From: Cenarchaeum sp.
GTDB lineage: Archaea > Thermoproteota > Nitrososphaeria > Nitrososphaerales > Nitrosopumilaceae
Reading direction: 5' to 3'
Length of the DNA: 32,000 bases
Assembly: GCA_965206845.1 (NCBI GenBank)
Contig: OZ242221.1
Span: 1,322,679-1,354,678, forward strand
Below are positions 9,324 through 17,821 of the stretch, piece by piece (within the stretch, counting starts at the first letter, position 1; each line of letters begins with the position of its first letter). A model generated the notes under the pieces. It was not told where the DNA came from. It saw nothing but the letters and a program-made list of their open reading frames with translations, and ran no database searches. The translations under genes were made by a program, and so were the position numbers.

Positions 9324-11172
9324 GGGAGTTATATACAAAAGTTACCAGAACCCTTGCCTTTTTTTGGCGCTCTGGCGATCCCTCCCATGCTTGCCTCTCG
9401 CATGTTGTTCGCGGAGCGCGCGAGAGCAATCCCGCGCTGGAATCTCGCGCCTTGGGACGACGTTCCCCGCCGCTCTGCCGTCGCCTTGACGGCAATGTTG
9501 TACGCGACATTGATGTCCGCGTTGATGTCGTTCTTACACCTGTGGTTCGTGCAGTGAAACTCCCCCTGCGATATCCGGGAGTCCTTGTCCCTGCGGCTGC
9601 AGACGTGGCATGTTGTGCTGGTGCCTCTGGGGTCGACCGTTATGATCATCACGCCGGCGTTCGCGCATGCGCCCTCAATCCGCATTTGGAACGTCCTGGG
9701 ACGCGAGTACGCCATCTCTCGGTTGAGGCCGGTCTTGGCCGAGCTGCCTTTGCCTTTGGCAGTCATGTTCTTGACTTTCAGATCCTCGATGACCACCGTG
9801 CCGGCGCCCTCCGCCACCTTCTTTGACGCGTGCCTCTCCCAGTTGGTCTGCCTGTTGGCGACCTTTTCCCTCTTCTTCTGGATTCTTCTTTGGAGCTCCT
9901 TGTAGCCTCTTGACTTTGGCTTCCTTGGCCTGTCGCGCCTGGCATTCCTGTTGATGCTGCTAGCATTGTCCTGCTTGCCGTTCGCGTTGCCATCGTGGCC
10001 GCCGCCCTTGCCGTTCTGCCTGATGCGCCTGTTTCCGCTCCCGCCGCGCTTCCGCGAGAGCTCCGAGTACATCTTCGATATCTCATCACCCTTCGTCCTC
10101 CTGCAGCCGTCCGGAATGTCGTGGAACGTATGATGACCTGTATCCAAGTCGACCGTCGTTGCGCCGTGGACTATGCCCATGTCGACTCCCCTGATGACCG
10201 CATATTCTGATGGCTTGGGCGCCTTTATCCCGACCTGGATGTGGAGGCGGTACGTCCTGTGGCGGTCCTTTGTGAGTCTGGTTGTCTTCTTGGTCGTCTC
10301 CACCAGCTGGAATGAACGCATGTCAAGCCCATCCACGTCACCATGCACCTTCACGGTGCTTATGCCGGGAAGATGCAGCAGGCCGCCGCCCTTGGACACG
10401 GGACTCTGAAAACACAGAGAGCTTGCCTTCCGTCCTTCCTCCTGAGCAGGTCGCCCTTGTGGCTCCACCTATTCCTCTTGTTGCTCCACTTGTTAGGCGG
10501 CAGGTTTGCCGCAGTGCCGATGTCTGGAATTCCCTCCTTTTCCCTGTCGTGCCTGGCTAGGTTTTTCCACATTATTTTGTTGTAGCGCTTGGTGGCGTTT
10601 GACTCCATGAACCTTTTCACGGCGTCCAGCCCCTGCCGGAGGCCGGTCCTCTGCACCCTGCTGTCACAGGCCTGCCGGAGTCCGACCGCCTGAGCGTCGT
10701 CATCACGGACAAGCCATGTGTTCGCGTTCCTCCATTTGGTGAGCATGCCGTCAAGGTCAAATTTGGTTATTCTCGGGTCGCCCAGAACCTTCCGGACGGG
10801 CATGTTGTACGCCCACCTCTGCTGGTCCATGTGGCGCGATATCAGCTTTGACAGATCCCCGGACTGGTCAAAGTCCACTTTTATCGTGCGGACCATGATG
10901 CCCTTCCTTGCGCGCCTTGGCCCCTTTTTTGGCGCCGGCGCGGTTACGGTTGCCATGATGGGTTTCATTACCGCATGCAAATGTCAAATGTGTATAAAAA
11001 CACCGCGACTATACCATGCAGACCGTCCGCACCGGCATGGGCATCAATGCCATTATGCCTGCCCATGCGGTTCCCGCCGTCCAGATTGCCGCGCCGGTAT
11101 CGCGCAAAGGCAGCGCGTGAAAAGGAGCGCCAAAAAAGGCAGGGGTTTTGGTTACTTTTGTATGTAATTCCC
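9324..11172 (-). mobile_element. TnpB-only (IS1341-like, IS200/IS605 superfamily) element bounded by about 48 bp imperfect terminal inverted repeats
   Basis: 9324-9372 (GGGAGTTATATACAAAAGTTACCAGAACCCTTGCCTTTTTTTGGCGCTC) matches the reverse complement of 11125-11172 (GGGAATTACATACAAAAGTAACCAAAACCCCTGCCTTTTTTGGCGCTC). The pair brackets the tnpB reading frames exactly. The element fills the rps3ae / DUF54-like intergenic space. Confidence 0.65.
9329..10968 (-). pseudogene. tnpB: tnpB (RuvC-like RNA-guided endonuclease family) split by one frameshift near 10405-10430
   Basis: The N-terminal frame (10360-10968, MKPIMATV...MVRTIKVDF...) and the C-terminal frame (9329-10468) overlap. The C-terminal frame keeps RuvC D (GVDMGI), E (VVIEDL), D (DINADINVAYNI), and the zinc finger CHVC...CTNHRC. 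The TATA TTTTTATACA (10991-11000) lies 23 nt upstream of the ATG at 10968. The frameshift could be real decay or a sequencing or assembly error. Confidence 0.7.
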
Positions 11173-11175
11173 GGG

Positions 11176-11787
11176 TTATGCCTCAAGGAGTGTGATCTGC
11201 TGTTGCGCCGTCTGCACCAGCTTTACCTTCTCCAGCCCAACATGCCTCAGCCGGACCAGCTTCTTGCCTGCCGCCATTATGTCCGAGTTGATCTTGCCGT
11301 AGCATGTGGCCTGCACGAACTGCGCGATGGTCATCTCCGGCACGGACTTCTCTATGACCTCCTTGGCGATCAGCCTGAGGGCGCGCATTCTTGACGTGTT
11401 GAGCTGGCGGTGCGTCAGTACGAGCACCTTGATTCTAAAGGTATACTCGTCCTTTGTCCTGACGTCCATGATTAAGTTGATCCGGGACGAGCCGCGCCGC
11501 ACTAGGCTGCGCAGGTACTCCTTGGCGTACTCGTATCGCTTGAAGATGCTTGTGGCCCGATCCCCGTCAATGTCGTCGATCTGAAAGTAAATCTTGTACT
11601 GGTTTTGGGAGGGATCCCCCTTTAGGATATCGTGCAGGGTTACCTCGATTACTCTGCCTTTGGCACCCTCCTCGCTGGTAACGGGAATGTATGCCACAAA
11701 GACGTTTCTGAACGAGTCGGGAGCGTATACGGTAATCCATTTCTTCTCCCGCCACTTGTCCTTCACTCGTGTCTTTCGGCGCGCCAA
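11176..11787 (-). CDS. rps3ae: 30S ribosomal protein S3Ae (eS1)
   Basis: 203 aa. It starts MARRKTRVKDKWREKKWITVYAP and is S3Ae-like over its whole length. Confidence 0.9.
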   Translation of the reverse strand: MARRKTRVKDKWREKKWITVYAPDSFRNVFVAYIPVTSEEGAKGRVIEVTLHDILKGDPSQNQYKIYFQIDDIDGDRATSIFKRYEYAKEYLRSLVRRGSSRINLIMDVRTKDEYTFRIKVLVLTHRQLNTSRMRALRLIAKEVIEKSVPEMTIAQFVQATCYGKINSDIMAAGKKLVRLRHVGLEKVKLVQTAQQQITLLEA

Positions 11788-11843
11788 TTACTCAAGACCT
11801 TCGAGCCCAAAATATAAGGGTATGTTACAGGTGTGTGGGTCAG

Positions 11844-13106
11844 TCATATCTCGTCCTTTGGGATGTACCCCCGAAGCACCTTGGGAACCGATATGTGCCC
11901 GTCTGCTGTCTGCATGTTCTCCATTATGGATACCATGACCCGGGATGTTGCGATCAGGGTGCCGTTGAGGGTGTGCAGGTATGACGTGTCCTCGTTGGTC
12001 TTGTCCCGGAACCTTATCTTGAGTCTTCTTGCCTGGAACTCGAGGCAGTTGGAGCACGAGACGATCTCCCGGAAGGCGCCCTGGCCTGCCATCCATGCCT
12101 CTATGTCATACGTCTTTGCCGAGACCTTGCCCATGTCACCGCTGGAGAGCAGCACCACCCTGTGGGGTATCCCAAGACTCTGGTAGAACTCCTCGGATGC
12201 GGCGATCATCCTCTCGTGCTCTTTCTCTGACTCCTCCGGTTTGGAGAAGACAAACTGCTCTATCTTCTCAAACTGGTGCACCCGGAAGATTCCCTTCTGA
12301 TCCCTGCCGTGGGCGCCAGCCTCCTTCCTGAAACAGGGGCTGACTCCCGCGTACCTCAGGGGAAGGCTCCCGCCGTCTATGATCTCGTCTGAGTGCATGG
12401 CGGCCAGGGCGTGCTCTGATGTGCCTATGAGGTACAGGTCGTCATCTGCTATCTTGTATATCACGCCCTCAAAGTCCTCTGCAATGACGGCGCCCTCCAT
12501 GGCATCCCTGTTTATCATGTAGGGCGGCTGCACCAGCACATAACCTCTTGCCGCAGCAAAGTCCAGCGCGTAGGATATCAGCGCCTGGTTCAGCCTTACC
12601 AGATCATTCTTCAGGTAGTAGAACCTAGCGCCAGAAACCTTGGCTGCGCGCTCGAGATCCAGCAGATCCCGTTGCAGCGCAATATCTATGTGATCCCTGA
12701 CATCGAACCCAAAGGTGGGGGCATCTCCCCACCTCCGCATCTCCTTGTTTGCCGATCCATCGGGACCGCGGGGTACCGACGGGTCGATCACATTTGGAAT
12801 TGCGCAGGCAAGCTCGGCGTACCTCCGCTCTGTCTTGCGTTGTTTATCCTCAAACGCAGCGAGATCAGCAGAGATGGCTTTCATGTCCTCCAGCAGCGGG
12901 GCGGCATCTTGGCCTGCCCTCTTCATGCCGGCTATCGCCTTTCCGGTCTGGTTCCTCCTCTGGCGCAGCTCGTCTGTTTTTGCAATGAGGTGCCTCCGCT
13001 TCGCATCGGCCTCCCTCAGTCCGTCCAGATCAAAGCTTACGGCCCGATCCTGCAGCATCTTCCGTATCGTGTCGGGCCTCTCCCTGATTATCCTGGGATC
13101 CAGCAT
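11844..13106 (-). CDS. serS: Seryl-tRNA synthetase
   Basis: 420 aa with an N-terminal coiled-coil arm and class II motifs (FRKEAGAHGRDQKGIFRVHQFEKIEQF). Its ATG shares one nucleotide with the upstream gene's stop (TAATG). Confidence 0.92.
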   Translation of the reverse strand: MLDPRIIRERPDTIRKMLQDRAVSFDLDGLREADAKRRHLIAKTDELRQRRNQTGKAIAGMKRAGQDAAPLLEDMKAISADLAAFEDKQRKTERRYAELACAIPNVIDPSVPRGPDGSANKEMRRWGDAPTFGFDVRDHIDIALQRDLLDLERAAKVSGARFYYLKNDLVRLNQALISYALDFAAARGYVLVQPPYMINRDAMEGAVIAEDFEGVIYKIADDDLYLIGTSEHALAAMHSDEIIDGGSLPLRYAGVSPCFRKEAGAHGRDQKGIFRVHQFEKIEQFVFSKPEESEKEHERMIAASEEFYQSLGIPHRVVLLSSGDMGKVSAKTYDIEAWMAGQGAFREIVSCSNCLEFQARRLKIRFRDKTNEDTSYLHTLNGTLIATSRVMVSIMENMQTADGHISVPKVLRGYIPKDEI

Positions 13107-13321
13107 TACGTCATCACCCTCAGGGATATGGTGATGTGCTCTAGCACCTCGTCTATGCTGGATATCAGCGCCCCCATGTTGCCCCGCGCCTCAAAGTCTA
13201 CCACAAGCCTGTTATCGGTACTCTTGATGCTCAGAGTCAGGCCCGGCGGAAAATCCACATTGTCGGGAGCCAGCGCCATCCTGATGGTGTCGGCCTTTGC
13301 GTCCGATATCTCATTTATCAC
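13106..13321 (-). CDS. Small protein, possibly the KEOPS subunit Pcc1
   Basis: 71 aa with a GTG start. The pattern AKADTIRMALAPDN...LTLSIKSTDNRLVVDFEARGNMGALISSIDEVLEHI resembles Pcc1/CTAG family proteins. It is translationally coupled on both sides. Confidence 0.55.
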   Translation of the reverse strand: MINEISDAKADTIRMALAPDNVDFPPGLTLSIKSTDNRLVVDFEARGNMGALISSIDEVLEHITISLRVMT

Positions 13322-14732
13322 TATCTGAACCCTGCAGTTTATCGATACTCCCCTCCAGAAAATCCAGAAACTTGTCCACGTTGTCCTTGCTTATGGTGGC
13401 GCCGGCCGCCGCATCGTGGCCTCCTCCGATCCCTGAAAACTTTGCCGCACCGGTGCGCATCAGCATGCTGAGGTTTACATCGGATCTGCAGCCAAAGGAC
13501 TTGCGCGATGAGAACTTGATGCCACCGTCATCCCCATCAGCCCTGAGTATTACGATCTTGGTTGCGTACTTTGGCGAGCCTGCAAGAAGGGAACAGATGG
13601 TGCCGGTCATGGTCTCGGGGACTATGCCCTCTGCATTTACCATCACGTACGCGCTGCCCTCTGCTATGCGCCACCTCTCGCCTGTCAGCACGTTCATGCA
13701 GTTTCTGATCTTTTTTCTGTACTCGGCTAGTATGTTCTCTCCTTCCAGCGGCATCGTATTTCTGTCGCCCATGCAGATCGCCACCCCGACGCCGGATCTG
13801 CCGATGCGGCCACAGGAGTTCAGCATGGTAGCAAACTCCCGGCCGTCCCGGAGAAAGCTCCTCTGATCCTCCCTGGGAAACGTGTAGGTGTATCCTATGA
13901 GCTCATCCATTATATCCGTGGCATTGCTGCCGGTGGTAAACTTTGCTATGGCCTCCGTGACGCCGATCTTCTCCTCTTTGGAGAGCTCCGCGGGAACCCG
14001 CCATCGGCTTCCTTCCTTGAGCCGCACCCCGGCAGTCTTTAGCAGCTTGATGCACATGTCCCGGTTCCACGTGAGGCCGTCGATGAAGGGCTGTGATGTA
14101 AACGCCAGAGCATCGGCCACCGGCTTTGTCTCCCGGCCCGCCAGAAGAAGGTCAAGATCAATCTCCACAAGCCCGCGATCCCGTGCCGTGCCGGCGATCT
14201 CGTGGTTCTTGCCCGTGAATGACTTCTTCTCCCCCCGATCCTGCCGGTCGCCCAGCGCGGAGACCACTGCCATCGCGGAGAGATCCTCGTTTTTGTCATC
14301 CAGGTGCCTTGCAGCAAGATACGCCATGCCTCCGGAGCAGATCTGGGTTCCACCGTCCATGCCGTACTTCCACGCGTTGATTACCCTGGGGTTGTCGTGC
14401 TCGTCCTCGGGAATCTGGTGGTGATCCAGAACAAACCAGTTCTCCCCCAGTATGCGATCGAGATCCTTGGCAAACCCCCCGCCTAGATCGGTTATGATGT
14501 GCATGTCCCTGTGGCTGCCTTGCATCTTGATGATCTGGCTTGGACTCATGTCCTTTGCGGTGCTGACGGTGCATTTTGCGTTGGATCTTATGAGCGCCTT
14601 TGCCATGATGGCGCCCGACGTCAATCCGTCGCAGTCGATGTGGGTAGTTACCAAGATGGACTTGTTTGACTTAATGCAGTCCAGTAGGGTATCGCGAAAC
14701 AGGGACAGGGAGCCGTCAATGTTTTGACTCAT
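13311..14732 (-). CDS. DHH/DHHA1 phosphoesterase, archaeal RecJ/GAN-like nuclease
   Basis: Motifs are HIDCDGLTSG, ITDLGGG, VLDHHQ (DHH), and C-terminal GGGHDAAAG (DHHA1). The ATG at 14732 shares one nucleotide with the rps15 stop (TGATG). A GTG at 14735 is an alternative start. Confidence 0.85.
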   Translation of the reverse strand: MSQNIDGSLSLFRDTLLDCIKSNKSILVTTHIDCDGLTSGAIMAKALIRSNAKCTVSTAKDMSPSQIIKMQGSHRDMHIITDLGGGFAKDLDRILGENWFVLDHHQIPEDEHDNPRVINAWKYGMDGGTQICSGGMAYLAARHLDDKNEDLSAMAVVSALGDRQDRGEKKSFTGKNHEIAGTARDRGLVEIDLDLLLAGRETKPVADALAFTSQPFIDGLTWNRDMCIKLLKTAGVRLKEGSRWRVPAELSKEEKIGVTEAIAKFTTGSNATDIMDELIGYTYTFPREDQRSFLRDGREFATMLNSCGRIGRSGVGVAICMGDRNTMPLEGENILAEYRKKIRNCMNVLTGERWRIAEGSAYVMVNAEGIVPETMTGTICSLLAGSPKYATKIVILRADGDDGGIKFSSRKSFGCRSDVNLSMLMRTGAAKFSGIGGGHDAAAGATISKDNVDKFLDFLEGSIDKLQGSDSDK

Positions 14733-15181
14733 CACTCGAGTTGCGCCACTACTGACTTATATTTCCAATTTTGAGGTATGCGCTCGATTCTCTTATAGTA
14801 CACGGTCAGTCTGTGCACTTTGGCCTCCACCAGCTCCAGAGAGCGTACGTTTCTTCTGTCTCCCTTGTTTGCCCGAAGGTGCCTCTGCAGGCCCACTGCC
14901 TTCCTGACCATGCTCTCAAGATCCTCCGGAAGATCTGGCGTCATGTCGTTCTCCTGTAGAATCTGTGAGATCTTCTTCTTTGTGACGGACTTGGCCAGGG
15001 GTATGGCGTGCTGGTCGCGGAGCTTTATTCCGATCTGGCTAGGCGTGAGGCCATCCTTTGCATACTTGACCACTAGTCCCTCTATCTGCTCTGTGCTGAG
15101 AGTTACCCATGACGGAACCGTGAGGGTAACAGGTCTTATGGAGTGCGATCTGCCATGCCTGTGACTGTGTAGCCTTCCCAT
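14732..15181 (-). CDS. rps15: 30S ribosomal protein S15 (uS15, S13e type)
   Basis: It starts at MGRLHSHRHGRSHSIRP. The TATA-like TTTAATTT lies about 22 nt upstream of the ATG at 15181. The track ORF's 49 aa N-terminal extension is not S15-like. Confidence 0.9.
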   Translation of the reverse strand: MGRLHSHRHGRSHSIRPVTLTVPSWVTLSTEQIEGLVVKYAKDGLTPSQIGIKLRDQHAIPLAKSVTKKKISQILQENDMTPDLPEDLESMVRKAVGLQRHLRANKGDRRNVRSLELVEAKVHRLTVYYKRIERIPQNWKYKSVVAQLE

Positions 15182-15449
15182 GCGGTATGTCAAATCTGAA
15201 ACGAAATTAAACGTTGCTTTATGATCCCCGGGTGTCGGTTTGCGGTTCCCGGTAACTACTTGAACGGCTCTCCTGTACTGCCAGAGCTCCCCACACGCCG
15301 CTGTGCCATGCCACGGATTCGGGCGCATCTGCAGAACCTAGGTGTAGTGCCGCTCCCTACGCCTGATCCGGCGCGGCGGGCAAATTCATGTCGACTGAAA
15401 AAATAAAGATTAAATACCTATGAGAAGATAGGGGTTTTAGGTAGATATA

Positions 15450-15779
15450 ATGACCAGTAAAATATTACTAGCAGGCATGTTGGCTGTCGTAGCCATGGGA
15501 AGCCTTGGTTTTATCGGCGTTGCCTACGCACAGTATCTGGGCAATGTGGGCGATGCGGGTGAAACAGGACAGCAGACACTGGAAGAGACTCTGGAGCTGG
15601 CACGCAGAAAGGTCGCCGCGGCAGAAGCTAATCCGGCAGCCGGTTCGGGAACCCCAATTCTTGACGCCAGTAGCATACTCGGTGCGTCAATCATATCAGG
15701 TGCAGTCTTTGGCGGCGTCGCAGGGGCCCTCTTCTTCAAATCAAAGTCCGGCAAATACGCTGCACAGGGCAGAGGCTAA
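15450..15779 (+). CDS. Small membrane or secreted protein with an N-terminal signal/anchor and a C-terminal transmembrane segment; function unknown
   Basis: 109 aa. It has the N-terminal hydrophobic MTSKILLAGMLAVVAMGSLGFIGVAYA and the C-terminal ILGASIISGAVFGGVAGALFF. It is followed by a T-rich terminator that shares CTTTTCTATTTT with the amoA terminator. Confidence 0.7.
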   Translation: MTSKILLAGMLAVVAMGSLGFIGVAYAQYLGNVGDAGETGQQTLEETLELARRKVAAAEANPAAGSGTPILDASSILGASIISGAVFGGVAGALFFKSKSGKYAAQGRG

Positions 15780-15784
15780 AAAAC

Positions 15785-15808
15785 CTCTTCTTTTCTATTT
15801 TATTTTAT
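15785..15808 (+). terminator. Oligo-T archaeal terminator
   Basis: The sequence CTCTTCTTTTCTATTTTATTTTAT begins a few nt after the stop codon. Confidence 0.5.
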
Positions 15809-15904
15809 ACCGTGACAATGTGTTGCGCGGCATGTTTTGACGTCACGCGGTTCCGAGTCATGCTGATCCCGGCACGGCTATCTGTTGTGATCCGTACCCC
15901 GAAC

Positions 15905-16918
15905 CTACCGTCCCGGCGGCAGGTCTGATGCTTGTGCATCTGCGCTTGTCCAGCGATCGAGGTTTGTGTCTTGGGGCCGGCTTGACTTTCTTGCGTTTCC
16001 GGACAGCCCGTCAATCTCCCTTATCGTCGAGTAGGATGTCTTGATGAACCACGGCCAAGGCTGCCCGGATCCCTTCCAGGCGAGGAGCCACTTTGTTGTT
16101 CTCTCATCTGCCGGGCTTCCAGAGCCTATGGACAGACCGTTGATCTGAAACTCTGCGTTGATTCCTGCCATGATTCTGCCCCGTTCCGCCTTTGCGAGTG
16201 CCGCCGCCAGCTTGGCCTCAAGGAACCTGTCGTCGGCCCTGTTTGTGACTATGACTTCTGTTCCTGCCTCCTCCAAGCCGCGAAGGTAGCTCCTCAGGCC
16301 GTCTCCTATGTTATAGTCGTCAAGAACGATGCTTGTCCTGCCCGGGGAACCCTCGTGCGTCAGATGCGATATGATCCCTTTGTATGCTTCATCCATGAGC
16401 CTGTTTATGTTGTATTTGTCTACGTCCTGCGGGGAAATCCTCTCTATGTAAAAGTCAAGTCCCCTGGATGCCAGCTGGCCGATCCGGGAGGATAGTGCAT
16501 CCCAGTACTTTGACGTGTGGCGGGACTTTGTGTCTGTTGCCCCGACCATCTTTGCGATCTCTCTGTAGAGTTCCGACGGAAAGCACACCCCACACAGCAC
16601 CTCATCGCCGGCAACCTCGCCCTTTCCGGTCTCATCGAGGCCTATCATGATCTCCCTGCCCGTCCTCTCAAACCCGGGTGTGCACAGTGCGGAGATCCTC
16701 TCCCTCAGCTCCAGCATCTGTCCGCCTGCCATCTGGTCGCTGTACAGGGTTCCGGTTTTGTACAGTGTGAAGATCGATCTGTCTATGCGCAGGCGCCAGA
16801 TCTCGGCATCTGGCTTTAAGGTGCCGTCCTCGATCGCTCCGTATGATCTGATCAGATCCTTGATCTCGTCAGCGCGCCCGTCCAGTATGGTCCACTTCTG
16901 TCCACTCTGCGGCAACAT
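15905..16918 (-). CDS. Type 2 RNase H-like protein (RNase HII/HIII fold) with an N-terminal extra domain
   Basis: It has IGLDETGKGE (compare the DEAGRG catalytic motif) and RADDRFLEAKLAAALAKAERGR (compare ADSKY..VAAASI.AK.xRD). The N-terminal FTLYKTGTLY resembles the RNase HIII substrate-binding domain. Confidence 0.6.
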   Translation of the reverse strand: MLPQSGQKWTILDGRADEIKDLIRSYGAIEDGTLKPDAEIWRLRIDRSIFTLYKTGTLYSDQMAGGQMLELRERISALCTPGFERTGREIMIGLDETGKGEVAGDEVLCGVCFPSELYREIAKMVGATDTKSRHTSKYWDALSSRIGQLASRGLDFYIERISPQDVDKYNINRLMDEAYKGIISHLTHEGSPGRTSIVLDDYNIGDGLRSYLRGLEEAGTEVIVTNRADDRFLEAKLAAALAKAERGRIMAGINAEFQINGLSIGSGSPADERTTKWLLAWKGSGQPWPWFIKTSYSTIREIDGLSGNARKSSRPQDTNLDRWTSADAQASDLPPGR

Positions 16919-17165
16919 GCTCTGGCAGAGCCAGCTCTATTTAAGCCGGGACTGCGGATGCCGGTACGGGGTTGCCTACCGCACGGGCAGGGATAAGACT
17001 CGGCCGAGCGTGCAGGCCGGCGCCTACCTGGTCCCGCCTGTGGGATCCTCCGGATGCCTCACGCCTGCCTGCATGTCCCTGTTGCATATCGGATGGCCTC
17101 GCGCATCCTGGACGAGGAGGGTTTACACTGGAGGATTTTTAAAAATAATGAAAAAGTAAAGGGTT

Positions 17166-17435
17166 TTACCAGTACTTGCCGTTGTCGGGAATTAGACCAA
17201 TCCCCTCGCGCTCGAAGTGTCTGTCAAGCTCGTCAACCCATCTCTCGCGGTTGTCCTTGTAAGACCATCCGTGGACACGCAACCAGAATGCAATGATCCC
17301 CAAGAGGAACACTGTAAACATTATGGTCCCGAAGATGTAGATCATGACGTCGAAGAACAGCGGATCGTAGTTTGGGCCCAGCTGCCCTGATATGACTGAC
17401 AGGATGTTTAGGAGTATTTCCGATATAGGAGCCAT
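17166..17435 (-). CDS. Small membrane protein (89 aa), function unknown
   Basis: It has one strong transmembrane segment (FFDVMIYIFGTIMFTVFLLGIIAFWL). The TATA TGTATATAAC (17459-17468) lies 24 nt upstream of the ATG at 17435. A T-rich terminator lies at about 17127-17160 on the minus strand. The track start at 17444 is a TTG. Confidence 0.7.
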   Translation of the reverse strand: MAPISEILLNILSVISGQLGPNYDPLFFDVMIYIFGTIMFTVFLLGIIAFWLRVHGWSYKDNRERWVDELDRHFEREGIGLIPDNGKYW

Positions 17436-17510
17436 AGTTATCAAAAAAGGGTATGTATGTTATATACATTTCCTTGATCCGGGCCGCACGGCGCCATACT
17501 TACTCCTTGC

Positions 17511-17660
17511 TCAGGCACGAAAACATGCACTCGGAAATTCGCACTTCTGGCACGTGCAGCAGGTGACCTTGTACATTCTGGTGAATTCCTCTGTCTGGAA
17601 GCCGTACCACACGCACGGATCGCTGGTCTTCGTACGTAGCGGTTGCCACCGTTCGGGCAT
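17511..17660 (-). CDS. Possible 49 aa cysteine-rich small protein
   Basis: My own translation gives MPERWQPLRTKTSDPCVWYGFQTEEFTRMYKVTCCTCQKCEFPSACFRA. It is below the ORF-track size cutoff. By hand count about two thirds of third codon positions are G/C. No obvious TATA lies upstream. Confidence 0.3.
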   Translation of the reverse strand: MPERWQPLRTKTSDPCVWYGFQTEEFTRMYKVTCCTCQKCEFPSACFRA

Positions 17661-17821
17661 GCGCGTCTCAGATGTTCCCTGCTCCCGGTCTGGTGGGTAG
17701 CGGGCTGGCCGTGGGGCTCACGCGGCAGTCCCTGCCAGCCGGCCTGGGCGATCCAGGCAGGGCTGTGAGGCCAGCCGCCCCAACAGAAAGGGCTTTAAGG
17801 AATTTGGTGGCACACTAGAGT

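Noticed and set aside
5481-9489. Plus-strand ORFs of 306 aa (5481-6401), 215 aa (6898-7545), 211 aa (8214-8849) and 326 aa (8509-9489)
   Set aside because: All are antisense to the helicase-nuclease gene or the 144 aa gene. They have no recognisable motifs and R/L/P/A-rich compositions. The 8509-9489 ORF also reads through an intergenic promoter and the TnpB element end.
15182-15328. 49 aa N-terminal extension of the S15 ORF
   Set aside because: The S15 homology starts at MGRLHSHRHG (ATG at 15181). A TATA-like element lies inside the extension, about 22 nt upstream of that ATG.
16950-17130. Thrice-repeated CGGATG(C/G)C motif in the GC-rich spacer upstream of the RNase H-like gene
   Set aside because: The motif is only 7-8 nt with irregular spacing, which is compatible with chance in GC-rich DNA. 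No structure or ORF supports it.
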